64,000 nt of DNA from Chrysomallon squamiferum (lineage: Eukaryota > Animalia > Mollusca). Position numbers and translations under genes: made by a program. This document shows positions 1 through 12,981 of the stretch, piece by piece. The notes below the pieces were generated by a model. The model did not search any database and was not told where the DNA came from. It saw nothing but the letters and a program-made list of their open reading frames with translations. Position 1 is the first letter of the stretch; every line of letters starts with the position of its first letter. The stretch is from positions 38,812,001 to 38,876,000 of the forward strand of contig CM022665.1 of assembly GCA_012295275.1 (NCBI GenBank). Direction: 5' to 3'.

Positions 1-477
1 TTATTAACGTTCAGAGTGCTTTATGCAAATCCTCGGGGCGCAAATGGCGCTCATTTCCTTTAGGTTTTCTTGCAAAACTGTTTACCAATTACATCTTCTA
101 ATAAACTCGAACAAATCGTAAACACGTTTGCATGCAAACGATATTGCCTCGAAATAATAGCAACAAGGAAAACATTGCGGCGCTGACGTTCATGGTGATT
201 TGACAATTAGATGAGCCAATATCACGAGCAAGCGACGTCGCCTGATTGCGTGTGATCGATGCCTACCCAGGTCTCTGCTGTTTAACGTAATTGGGGATAA
301 ATAACCGTTGAGTGCGGCAGTAGGCTTTAATGCAGTGTTTTACTTTCAAGGGGTATTACGATTATTAGTCTAGAAGTGAAGGGTTCCGAAATGTGCGCTC
401 TCTCGTACTAACTTATTGGACAATTCGTTTTGAAGAGCACATTCTCACTTGGCGCTTCATTGGGTGTTAACCAAATG

Positions 478-775
478 CTAGTGGCCGAAACGTTACACTG
501 TGACGCGTTTCATTAAATATCAGAAGAGGAAACGACGTACTATGACGTGTTTCAGCAAACGAGAAATAAAAGCTATATGTTTCACAAAATCCTACCAGGC
601 CTCAAAAAGCCCAGAATATGACATATTTTCTCAAAATTCTGGTAGCCGAAATAAACAGATCATGACGCAATACCTGTAGTCAAAATGACATAATAGTATT
701 ATGTCACGTTTTATAAAAACGGTAGCAGCAAAAAACAATGTATGATGCATTTCATCAAAATGAATGTTTCAGAAA
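478..775. repeat. Old degenerate tandem repeat, ~40-44 bp unit
   Basis: A TGACGYRTTTCA..AAA-like motif occurs at 501, 543, 619, 663, 702 and 743. A companion G(G/T)RGC(C/A)GAAA-like motif occurs at ~481, 641 and 721. Confidence 0.6.
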
Positions 776-1558
776 TAAATAAAAAGAAAAACAAATACAG
801 AAAGACACAAAGAAGAGATGAACACCAAAAAGTATCATAACTGTTTAACGTTTGTACATGTAATTAGTACTATTACTGAATAAAGTAGTTTCAGTTAATA
901 GCGGTTTTTAATTTTTATTTCGGTTACGAAGAATCACATTCGATTCAAAGTTTCACATTTCTGAAACGTAGATATTTGTATAACTTTTCTCACCATAATC
1001 TTAAAGTGCATAGAACATTTTTATCATTAATGTAGGGAACTCCATTTATTTATTCCTTTATTTACAGCTAATAATGGTATTTAGCTATAACTTGTCTTTC
1101 ATCATTTTTCTGTATGCTGAATATCTTAGATATAAAAATAATTCTAAATCAACTTATACTCGAAACATGTAGTTCGAAAAACAAAATTCATCATAAATGA
1201 ACGTATAGCTGAACTTGCCAATGAATGTATATAGACCACAGAAAGAATGATGATGGTGGTAGTAAGATGGTTGGCTGGATGATTGAATGACTCAATAAAC
1301 GAAAGGATCGCTGAACGGACAGGACGTTGAGAGGGCAGTAGAGATATTGATGATTTTGCACTATATGATCGTATATACTTAAACAGTATTTCATATTCTC
1401 CACACGTTTTCAGTTTTACTTTAAAAAAGACAATAACAACACAGACAAAAAAAAAAAAAAATCTATATAATATAACCATTAATTTACACAAAAGGATATG
1501 CACCAACATACGCGGCTTTCGTGAAACAGACCATAGGAAATTTGTCGTCCCCAAGTCC

Positions 1559-1672
1559 CCGGCCTGTCGCTGATGTGGACTCGTATCAGCGACTGAATAT
1601 GAAACCTGCCGTGTGTTAATAACGTTTAGATTACACAGCCCATTGCTTTGATAGGAGCCGGATTCAGGCCGG
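1559..1672. other. Nested inverted repeats able to fold as a three-way junction
   Basis: CCGGCCTG (1559) pairs with CAGGCCGG (1665); GTCGCTGAT (1566) with ATCAGCGAC (1585); CTGAAT (1593) with ATTCAG (1662). The pairing is visible; function is unknown. Confidence 0.45.
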
Positions 1673-1839
1673 AAGTGAGGCCATTACTCAAGCTATCAGC
1701 CGCCGACGTTAGAAGCTTGATCAGGGAGAAAATTCGACAGATAATCAAACTCTGTCATTGTGTGGAAGCTCATGTTCGCCTTTGTTATTGATAGGTCTTT
1801 ACAACCAGTGTCACCTTTTTTTTTTTTTTTAATACCTCG

Positions 1840-1888
<49 letters not shown>

Positions 1889-4377
1889 AGCATTTATTTG
1901 CTTTTTAGCGCTACAGAACGACCTGACATTGTCTAAGGATTAAACGCATTGCAATTTATAGTCCACGAAGGTAGAAAATCTATTACGTAGCTTTGTATAA
2001 CGGTTTGTTTTAATTTAATTTCGCAAAACGTCAGGGAAATGTTGAAGGCCAATGAATGAGCGCTGGTTTACAACGGGATGATTACGTTTTGTGCTCTGAC
2101 ATGATGTACAGACATTTTGGGGATAATGCGGTTATATTGAAACTCTGGCAGCATGGGAATTGAATTGTCCTGTCATTGTTATAGAACTTCTATGAGGTGG
2201 TGGTGTGATAATTCATCAGCTCTATGCTGGGTGGTCTTCGTACACACTAGGTGAAGAAGATGAGTGAATATTAAATACAGAATGATGATTGTTTTTTTTT
2301 TCGTTGACATTAAAACAAGCAAAAATCATTAATTAGGTGAATAAGTAATTAAGTTATCTAATAACATATTGGCATTTTTTTTTAATATTTATTATTATTA
2401 TTTTTTTTTTAATTATTATTTCTTGTTTACTTTGGCTTTATTTACTTTTCTGTTGTGGCTATTGTTTGCTTTTGTTTTGTTTGTGTTTGTTCTTTGTTTT
2501 TTGTGTGTTTTTATGTTTATTTGTTGTTGTTTCCTTTTTTGTTTGTTTTTTTAATTTTAATATTATTTTATATATTTATTCATTTATTTAGTTTTAATAA
2601 AATTCGACATTTTATCTATTTAGTAATTTTTGTTCATAGCATTGTTGTTGTTGTTATTGTTCTCATCATCAATACTGTTGTTGCTCTTGTCATTAATATT
2701 ATCATTATTATTATCATCATTATTATCATCATCATCATAATTATTATTATTATCATTATTATTTTATTATTATTATTATTATTATTATTTGTAACAGTAG
2801 TAATAGAAAAATATTAATTTATTTATTTGTATTGTTTCTCACTAACTTATTTTTATTTTTTAACAAACCATTAAGTGAAACCGTTTCAAGAGGATGACTG
2901 TGCAGTTAGTAAGTATGTAATGAATATGCATCTATGTGACTTTGTTCTAACTGATGTTTTGCATGTTATTCCAGTTTGTTTGTTTAATTTAAACTGTTAC
3001 CGGTTTTGTTTTTAATTGATTTTTATGGCGTCTTTTCTTAATCTCTCTTTATCCCCCCCCTCTTTTTGTGTTTTATGCATGTGTTTTTTTTTTTTTTGGT
3101 TTGATTTGATTGATTGATTGATTGAATATTTTACTGTTCTTTTAAATGTTATTAGTATTACTGTTGCTAACTTTGGTCTGGTTATTTTTTTCTTCATCTT
3201 ATTTCTTTTCTTATTATAATTATATATAAATGATATTATTTTACTGATCTATATATATATATATAATATTTATTTGTATTAACAATGTTAGAAAATATTT
3301 ATCCACAAACAAATATGTATATTTTAAATTATATTTTGTTGTCGTTGCCATTTTTTGTTTGTTTTACAAAAAGCAAATAAAATGAAATTAAATTAAATAT
3401 ATTTTACTGTTAATTATATATATTTGTACATAATATATATATATTTACTATTAATTTTTATTTTTTATTTTTATTTTTTTTAGCTGCTGTTGTTTTGGGG
3501 TTTTGTTTTATGTTTGTTTTGATTTAATTTATTATGGTTATTATGACTACTCATTTTATTGTTGGTTTATATTTTATTTATTTATTTATTTATTTTATTA
3601 TTTTATTATTTATTTACTTACTTACTTATAATATTTTATTTTCACAAGTTATTCTTGTTTATTGATTTTTCTTTATTTGAACTAAATATAATATTCTGAA
3701 GACTCGATGGGTAAATGTTTCAAAATGATTTTAAATACTTATTTTAATTATTATAATAGATTTTAAATATAACTAAAGATACATTAATAATAATTTATCT
3801 TTTAGATTTTCTTGTTCAAAAACAAACAGTATATACTTACACACACACGCACACACACACACACACACACACACGCATGTACACATTTAAGCGTATAAAG
3901 ATATAAATCTTATTATGCTCATCTAAAAAAAATTAGTATATTCAAAATACTAAATTGTTTATGAAATAATTATAAGATAATTTAATCTTTGTGAAAAAAA
4001 AAACCTGCAGAGATATCCATTATCTATTATTATCGATTAGCAATTAATATTCAATGGAAACGTTTATACCAATTTATTCGATGAAGTTTTATTAGGGGCA
4101 TTGGTCGGAACGTGAAATAGCTGTCAAGACTTACAACATCTCAAGCTGACATTTCCGTTTGCCTCTGGCTTTATTGAAGCTTCGATGCTAATTAGTTTGT
4201 TTATAGAAGGATCTTCACCATGGCCCCCGAGGTGTCGGATTATACTTTACACACCTGCATATGAGTAGATGATGTAATTACATGTCATGCAAATCAGCAG
4301 AGGTTGAAAATAAATTTGAATATGTAATCCTGACTGTCAGCCCTTCAGTGGGTAACCTTTGGTGATAATCCTTTAGT

Positions 4378-4740
4378 GTAACCATTACATCCAACCGTTG
4401 TACGTATAACTCTTACAGCCAACCCTTCTGTGTGTATCTATTACATGCAACCGTTCTGTGAGTAACTATTACATCCAACCCTTCTGTGGAGTAACTATTA
4501 CGTCCAACCCTTCTATGAGTAACTATTACATCATACCCTTCTATGAGTAACTATTACATCATACCCTTCTATGAGTAACTATTACATCCAACCCTTGTTT
4601 GTATAACTATTACGTCCAACCCTTCTATGAGTAACTATTACATCCAACCCTTGTTTGTATAACTATTACGTCCAACCCTTCTATGAGTAACTATTACATC
4701 CAACCCTTATATGTGGAACTATTATGTCCAACCATACCAT
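4378..4740. repeat. 28-bp minisatellite, ~13 copies, consensus TAACTATTACATCCAACCCTTCTATGAG
   Basis: TAACTATTAC recurs at 4548, 4576, 4604, 4632, 4660 and 4688 (exact 28-bp steps). Copies become more degenerate toward both edges. Confidence 0.95.
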
Positions 4741-6194
4741 ATGAACATTAATCTATAATTGTTTAGTTTGTCCTTGAATATGTAACACTCACAGCCACTT
4801 TTAAATATTTAATCTTAACTGTTAACACTTCAGTGTTTAGTTTCTGTTTCCAGGACTTACTTAGATAACCGTTACAACAACCTTTAAAATTTTAATATAA
4901 TACTGCCCACTGTGAGTCTTATAATTTCATGTAACTCTTCATATGTAAGTGCTCTAATCATTAACGTCATTATCTCCATCGCTGCCTTATGACAATCAAT
5001 GCCGTGATTCGTAACACATGCAGAATTCATCCATCCATTTGCTCATTTTAAATTTTCATTGTGGTGAAAATAACGGAGAGTTCGTAACACCATCCCTACA
5101 AACAACACTCGACAGCAACGTGAAGTATTTGATGCAGGCATGTGGAAAATGTATGACCACGGACTCTCAGAAAGATACTCCAGACTTAAGCAGCCGGAGA
5201 AGAGCCAAGTCAAACATGGACGATAACTTGGTAAAAGGAGGGTGAAATGGAGTGTGGATGATCGTATTAGGACCTACATGGGTTGATGGACGTTCATAAG
5301 TGAACGTCTCATCCGAATCCTACACAAAAGATACACACGTGCGCCCTTTCTGATCCCGCTGCTTTTGAAATCCGACGTCAGTTCTCACCGATTCACCATC
5401 AAACCGATTTTCCGGCTCTGCACACCCGAAAGAAGCGAGAGATATCAATTTTCTATGGCGAAAAGCTCCCCGGTGAATTCACTGTGTGAAAGGTACCTCA
5501 CAGGGCGAGAATACCTGGGCCAGAGGTGTTCTAATGTTGTCGATCCTGTATTTCTTCTTTATCTCGACCAGTCGCTTTCTCAGCCGATCCGTACCGCGAG
5601 TTTTCTTTCAGATTTTCCGCCTCAGCAAACCGCCAAATGTCTTTTCACGGTTTATGTTGATGACTCCAATTCTTACATAGTGCATAGACAATTTGGCCTA
5701 CGGTTTCGCCTCTTCTGCGGCAGAATGGTGTATGCACTGGATTTTCAATGACGGCTTGTCTTTTCAAAGCCCCTACTCATGACAAATCTCGTGATTTTTT
5801 ACTACTTCTTTATGGTTCTGAAGAAATAAAACAAATCTATATGTTCTCTCCACCTGGGAACTGACAGAAAAGATCTTGACAACAGAAACGAAAGAATCAA
5901 CCACCCACCTCACCCCCTCCAACCTAGACCTCAGCTCAAAAACTGTTTCTATTCACTGAGCCGGTTTCTCATCATAAAACTGCATTATTGACCTCTGAAA
6001 GAGTGGCCACTTATGTACAGTATGATTGACCAAAAGAACCGCTGATTGTCTATAGAAAATCTACAACGTTATATGCTTACACTGCGCTTTGACCTTTTCT
6101 ATCAGAAGATATAACCAAACACTTAACAATCACCTGTGTCCGGTTTAAGCAGTCTTAAGGTACACGACATGCTAATAAAGACGCACATTTCTGC

Positions 6195-6277
6195 GTGCTC
6201 ATACAGTGGTGTTTCGCTGTGAGTGTCTTCAGCGTGTTGAGTTATAGGTTCGAATACATCCCAACAGACGGCGCCAG

Positions 6278-6278
<1 letters not shown>
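6195..6278 (+). mobile_element. Possible decayed tRNA-derived SINE head
   Basis: A-box-like ..CAGTGGT ending at 6210 and B-box-like GGTTCGAATAC at 6247-6257, at tRNA-like spacing, followed by an (AAT)n tract. I see no cloverleaf or TSD. Confidence 0.2.

Positions 6279-6355
<77 letters not shown>
6278..6355. repeat. (AAT)n microsatellite
   Basis: Direct reading of the sequence. Confidence 0.95.
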
Positions 6356-6357
<2 letters not shown>

Positions 6358-6701
6358 GTTTTAAAAAATAAAAAATATGAGAATATGTAATAAATTAAAT
6401 TAATGGTAGTAATAATAAAACGAGGGGCTTTGAGATTTTCTATTATTTATTTGTTTGTTTTAGTCGTCGTATCTCATATATATTAAATTTAGATTTGGTA
6501 ATGTTATACGCACACATACATACACACAGACACACACATATTTTAATAGTTTCTTGTAAGTTGTCTTGTACAACATACTTGAAAAGTTAAAATAATAAGA
6601 AGAAGAAGAAAAAGAAGAAGAAAACTATTTTCAACAGCTGCATATCATGTAACTCTTCAATAACTATCGCATAATTATTTGTTACGATCGTCATTTTATA
6701 T

Positions 6702-6744
<43 letters not shown>

Positions 6745-6869
6745 TAATATTTATTTATTTATTTACATGAGTTTTTTCTTTTTACTTTATTTATTTACTG
6801 TCTTTTAAATTTATTTAAACAATTTTCGAAAACATGTTTATTATTTATTTGTTTTCCTAATTTATTTAT

Positions 6870-6900
<31 letters not shown>

Positions 6901-9065
6901 ATTAGTAAGTTATTTTAGATAACACATAAACAAGTCAGTAAGTTAATAATTTCTACAGTTTAGAAATTAAAATATATATTTCAACAAGTATATACTAATA
7001 TTATATAATGTTTTGTTCGTTGTTCTGTTATTATATATGTATATATGTGTGTATTAAATTCACATAAATCAGTCAGTAAGTTATTGTTATTATATATTTT
7101 GTTTTGTTCATTTATTTATTTATTTATTTATTTATGTTTATTTCTTTATTTGTTTATTTATTTACATACTTACTTGTTTGTCTTTTTCTTCGTTTATTTA
7201 TTTTATTTTCCTCTTGTAATCAATATGTATCCAGTTTATCTTGAAATTTCGCACAATAAATTGTAAAAGGAGAAAAATCAGCTCACAGAATGTTTACCAT
7301 TTAGTTAAATTTATTTCTTTTTAAGTTAATAATTTTTACTTTTTTATACGTTCAAACATGTTGGTTAAAATTGTCTTAAGAGATTTTCTTTTATTAAATT
7401 CTGATTTTATATCATCATATTATTATTTAATACGTTCACTGCAATTGCAGTAATAATATTAATAATCAACATCATGATTATTTGATCGTAATGTCCTGTA
7501 TAAGATGATCTTGGATATATTTTAAACGAAAACACGAATTTTTCATATGAATATTATCAAATTTTATATAAAATGAACTGTTGATTTTAATAATGAATGA
7601 CAATGCACTATATAACAGCATGCATTTTATTCACTATTTTATAAATCTTTTAAGTAAAAGTACTAATATATTATTATATGTGTCTCATCAGCCTAATTAG
7701 GCTAGGTTTTTTTTGTAAATAATGTATTACGTCATGTTTTATTTTCAAGAGGCACTTTAATAAACATAACTTGGTACTGGTAAAATTAATACTAAAATGT
7801 TTGTCTCTCAGTGTTTCTAGTTCATGTACAAATTTTATATCATGGGAAGTATATATATATATATATATAAATTATAATACACAGCTTTATACCTTTTTAT
7901 CATTTAAATTACAGATACATGAAAAGAATAAAGTCTGAATTGAAATATCTTACTTATTTATAAATACGAGAAATGAAAGTAGTTAGAATTAAAATACATT
8001 ATTAATAACATTTTTACTTTTTAAATAACAGATATATGAAAATTTAAATTAAAGTATATAACTTACAAAAAATTTGTTTTAGACCTTTAATAAAATAGAT
8101 ATAATATTTGAAAAGAGGGACATTAATATTTTTTCATACACATGGGAAGGGGAGGAATAAAAGTGCGAAAGGGTACAAGGGAATAGGGCAAAAGGCTAAG
8201 AGAAAATAGCAGATACCGCACACGTTACTATTAGTTTTTCTGTTACTGCAGATCTAGTCTGGGCTCTATACGAAAAGCAGCTTGATCAAAACACATCTGC
8301 TTCAGTAATATTTTATCTTTTTTATTTGATTTGAAGCGACTTGTGTGGGGTCAGCTAACGTCGCTTTTATCTTCATTCAAATTAAAAGAACCCAAAAGGC
8401 TCCAGCCTTTTTTGCATCTCAATTTGAAAAAAGAAAAAAAAGAGAAAAAAAAAAGAGAAGAAGTAAAAAAAAAAAAAAGAAAAGAAGAAAAGTTACAAAA
8501 TAGCTTTTGATATTTAGTATGGTGCACAAAATCGCAAGAACAAGCGAAGCGTAAAATAAGCACGCTAGTCACACTCGCGCACTCCATATTTCGCCTAAAG
8601 TGAGCCTTAATCGTTTGAATTTAACATGGGTAAAATAATATTAAAAATGTTTTTGTGGTAAACCGCAAAATTTTTCACCTGGTAAAAATCTCATCAATCA
8701 AACACGCGAAATAAAAAAAAGGTTCCCGAAGTGACAAATTTATCTGACCTTGAGGCCAAGGGGAGAAAAAGGCTAAAAGACTAATTAAATCATTTTGAAT
8801 TGCGATTAAAAAAAAAAAAAAAAAAAAAAAAATGCTGCTGTTGCGTTTCGTTGTACTGGCTCTGTAGGCGTAATCATTGTTTGCGCGTCCGCAGACAACT
8901 GAATCGTGGAGATACGAATGTGACTTGCGGGTTAACGCGGCGATTCGCAACCAACACGAAAAGCCAGTGGAGTCGTTACGCTGATCACAATTAAATAAAT
9001 GTTTGAAGTATGGGTTAAAAAAAAAAAAAAAAAAAAAAAGTTATTTTTTATTATTTTTATTATTA

Positions 9066-9105
<40 letters not shown>

Positions 9106-9524
9106 TGCAAAAAATTCTTTTTTTTTTAAAGAGTGACGGCTGGTTTGTTTTTCCCTGTGTCTCACTTGCAGATTAGGTACAGAAGTACAAAAAGGTAGTT
9201 TGATTAATAAAATAATTTTAAAAATAATAATAATAAATACATAATAATTTGGAAACGGAAATGTGTCTGTAACTGTCAAATTTTCAGTTTTGTAAATATT
9301 AAATAACCATAACCCTAATTGTCTATTTATTTATTTATTTATTGTTAGTTTCGTTTGTTTTTTCTTGAATACTGATGTTTCTGGCTGTGAAAAAGGTTAA
9401 TTTTGAATTTTGTTTGTTAATTTATTTTATTTACTGTTATTGACTGTAGTTGTACAGCTGCGGATCTTGCAAACAGAAAAAAAGAAAATGAAAAAAAGAA
9501 AGAAGACAAAATGGCTTGTATTTG

Positions 9525-9659
9525 TAAGTGTGTGTTTGTGTGTGTATGTGTGTGTAAATACGTACATGCATATATACACCTATACACACATACATATATA
9601 CATGCATACATACATCTATACACACACACACACACATACATACACACACACACACACAT

Positions 9660-9700
<41 letters not shown>
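9525..9700. repeat. Compound (GT)n then (CA/TACA)n microsatellite
   Basis: Direct reading; it accounts for the ORFs at 9410-9792. Confidence 0.93.
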
Positions 9701-9702
<2 letters not shown>

Positions 9703-12700
9703 ACAGTCAACATACAAAACCTAGAACAGACCTCACCACAGCATACACCTAAAACTTACATATACACGACAAGAACAACATCAGCGAAATGAAGACATCT
9801 GCTTGAACTAAGCTGATAACGAGTACGTCTCTATACACAATGTACACTGCTAAGACGCCATTTGATGACAGCACTTCGAGGCCCGAGAGCAATAATATCT
9901 CGATGGTGATCAATCAATTCGGCGGTGGTCAGATATCGTATTTAGACGTACGTATTAAAATATGGAAGGTTTGTGCACGAGTTGTCAGTTATCATAAAAG
10001 GTTGTTTGTTTTTTCGGTTAGCGTGAAAGCGAAACCGGCGACAAACACATTACGATCTGGAAGAGCGAGACGCTTTCTTTATTTAGACGTTTTGGGCATC
10101 GGAAAAAAGGATTGTTTTGATGACACACTGGTATTTTGGTAATTGACTGGCTATTAAGTAGAGACTATTAGTTTTGATTTGGTAGTGTAGGACTTAAAAT
10201 AAAATTAAAAAATGAATAAAGATGCAGCGTCTTCCAATTAGCATTCTTGTTTTTAACGTTACTCGTTCCAGTGAGTAGAAATTAATATTTTAAAAGATAA
10301 AGTCTATAAGGTGTGCATATTTTATTGATAAGCCCTACAAAACAAATTAATTCTATATAAGTAAAGAAATTTAGTACAAAGAGATAACAACAGCTCAACA
10401 CAAGGGAATTGATCCGATGGTCTGTCGTGCCCCGAGCAAGTTTCAACCTTTCCGTTTGTTTTGGTGACACGATTCAAGTCGATGGACAGTATGGTCCACA
10501 GACAATTGCCGAAAGCGCTTCCTGAATACATCATACAGTCCACTACTTGGTTCATTTCTCGTTTAGCGTTTAAGTTATCATACATTTTTAAAAAGTTATT
10601 TGATGAAAATAAAGCTGGGGATTGCAAGTCTGATCGTGTCATAATTCGCAAGATAAATTAATCTGTTGTTCTTGTTGCTAAATAAAAGAATTACATATTG
10701 CGTTATTTATTATTATTATTTTATTTATTTATTTATTTATTTATTTATTTCGGTAAACAGGCCAATAGCAATTTATGCATCTTTGGAATAATATATTGTG
10801 GTTTTTATTTTTAGTGACTTCGTGTACGTAAATGTTTAATGAGAGAGAGAGAAGTAATAGAAACAGACAGATTAAAACGACACACATGTTCGCAGATTTG
10901 CCTTTGTTTTACCACTGAAATGTACGAATTAACTTCATCGGTATAACCTAGATTTCGTTATAAGCACAATTTATTTTGACATCTCTATTTATTACACTGT
11001 TTGCTAACTGACAAGGGTGTATTTCTTAATGTATCATAAACGTGAGGCATTGGTCATAAATATTACCGCACCTACTGATCACTTTATTGTAGTAAAATTC
11101 ATATATTTTCGAAGGCACTGGTCGTGAATTTCTGAGAAATATTACACAAATCAGAAATTTACAGAGTCTGTAAAATGTTGAGATAGATTAATTATCATAT
11201 TAAGGGATGATGCAATGTTCTGGGCGTGAAAGTTTGGTAGCATTTATAAAACAGTAAAAACAAAATAAAAAATAAAATAAAAAATCAACAAATTTATTTA
11301 AAACATTATTTCATAAATGGAGGTCGCAGTCTATAACGCGTTTCGGATTATTAATTTTATTTTTTATTAATTAATTAATTTTTGTTTATTAATTTAATTT
11401 TTGTTTATATTATTTTTGTTGGTTTTATTTATTTATTTATTTATTTATCTTTTTGTTTTTTGATTGCTTGCTTGTTTGCTTACTGATTTGATTAAATTGT
11501 ATTCATTCATTCATTTATTCACTTAATTATCTGTTTGAATATGAAATGAAGTATACCATGCAGGACAAGATGATTTATTCTATGTTCATTTCATATTATC
11601 CAAAAACACTTTTTTGTACACATTCATCATTATGACATTGCTGGTTTCGGACAATGTCATCACTTTAAAACTCGTTTGTTCTCTTTTCAAAAACCCGTAG
11701 TCGTAAAGGCTGGACATCATGACTTATGCAAACATCGTAGTTTACAAATTACAGTCATTTTCCACGACGTGTGTAAATACTGCAACTACAATGACAGCAA
11801 GCAGTGAACAACAGGGAAGTCTCGGCCTTCAGAACTTAATGCCAGATCGGGCAACAAGTAATACATACAGGGGGAGTTTTATTGGCGAGTTATACACTCC
11901 TTGTTGGGATGTTTTTCCAATCAATCTTGCCCCAACAAGTATGTGAGGAGTTGTAGGTAAACATGTATTAAAACAAGCACGAGGACTTTCTTTCAGAAAA
12001 CCCGGTAGGCCTTTCTCTTAGCTCTAGAGTAAAGCAAACAGCCCCACGCTCTAAATCCTATGTGTACACAAGTTGTGCGACTTTAGCTTGTCTGGTATTT
12101 GCTGCTAGAATATTAATGGTGCCAAGGTTAAACGCTAACAACGGAAACGTCACCTCTTGATGTGATCCCGACCAACATCAAACCTTGTCTGTCCCTTTCT
12201 CCCAATAGGCGGATTTACCTGTAATGACCAAATAATTTCTTCACACGGCGGCTGTCGTCTGCAAGTCATTATGATGGGAAAGAGAACGCGAGCTTTTCAC
12301 GAGGCAGCTGCAGACAACACACTAGTCTTTTTCCCCTCCTTCCTTTCGCGCCTAAAACCCCTCGGCTTTCGGCAGACGACTTTTTCTTGTTTTATATTTT
12401 TCTCCCCCGTGTTAAAAACTGGAATGGAATCTTTATGCAAATGAAGGGCCTCTATAGTTATGGCTCAAGAGGGAAAATTGGACATTTGGGATTAATCTCT
12501 GTCAGTTCTGAATTCGACTGACAATCGCCATTGAGCGAAAAGTATACCGGGAATTAAAAGTCATAAATCTGATCACATCCTTCTCTGCGGTTTTCAGAAG
12601 CCAATGAAGAAAAAAAAAAAATGTGTGTGACAGTGTCGCTCTTGTACTAATCTTTTTATTGAGTGTTTTCTTTCGACTTGGATTAAAGACACTAGCCAAA

Positions 12701-12947
12701 GGATGAATGCTTTATTCAATCGTTTGTGAATTGACCGCCGCTGGCCGAATTAAAGATAACGACGGCCATAAAGTCGGTTCGATTTGTCTCAAACGGCCAC
12801 CACAGAATGATAGATGCGAAGAGACTATTATTATTTGTTATATGGTACTTACACAAACCGCAATAAATTATGCATTTTTTTTTGTTCTTTCGTTTTGTCT
12901 TTTTTCTTTTCTTTTTCTTTTTTTTATCTTTTTGTTTTTTGTCTTGT

Positions 12948-12981
<34 letters not shown>

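Noticed and set aside
1816-1886. Poly(T)-spacer-poly(A) hairpin or retrocopy tail
   Set aside because: Long homopolymers are ubiquitous in this window, and there is no TSD or upstream poly(A) signal.
4378-4740. 28-bp repeats as a CRISPR array or telomeric repeat
   Set aside because: The units are contiguous with no unique spacers, there are no cas genes, the context is eukaryotic, and there are no TTAGGG/TTAGG runs.
5018-5751. Complex-sequence ORFs of 64-128 aa (also 9840, 10322, 16419, 50095, 62240, 62466)
   Set aside because: No recognisable domain, often non-ATG starts, and lengths compatible with chance in GC-richer islands.
11692-11712. Partial matches to conserved miRNAs (AACCCGTAG like miR-100; also miR-183-like at 11113, miR-745-like at 12438, miR-92-like at 1556)
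   Set aside because: Matches cover only part of each mature sequence, and I see no matching precursor hairpin.
12247-12261. GGCGGC-TGTC-GTCTG as a Mad/Medea/Schnurri BMP silencer element
   Set aside because: The spacer is 4 nt; the established element GRCGNC(N5)GTCT requires 5.
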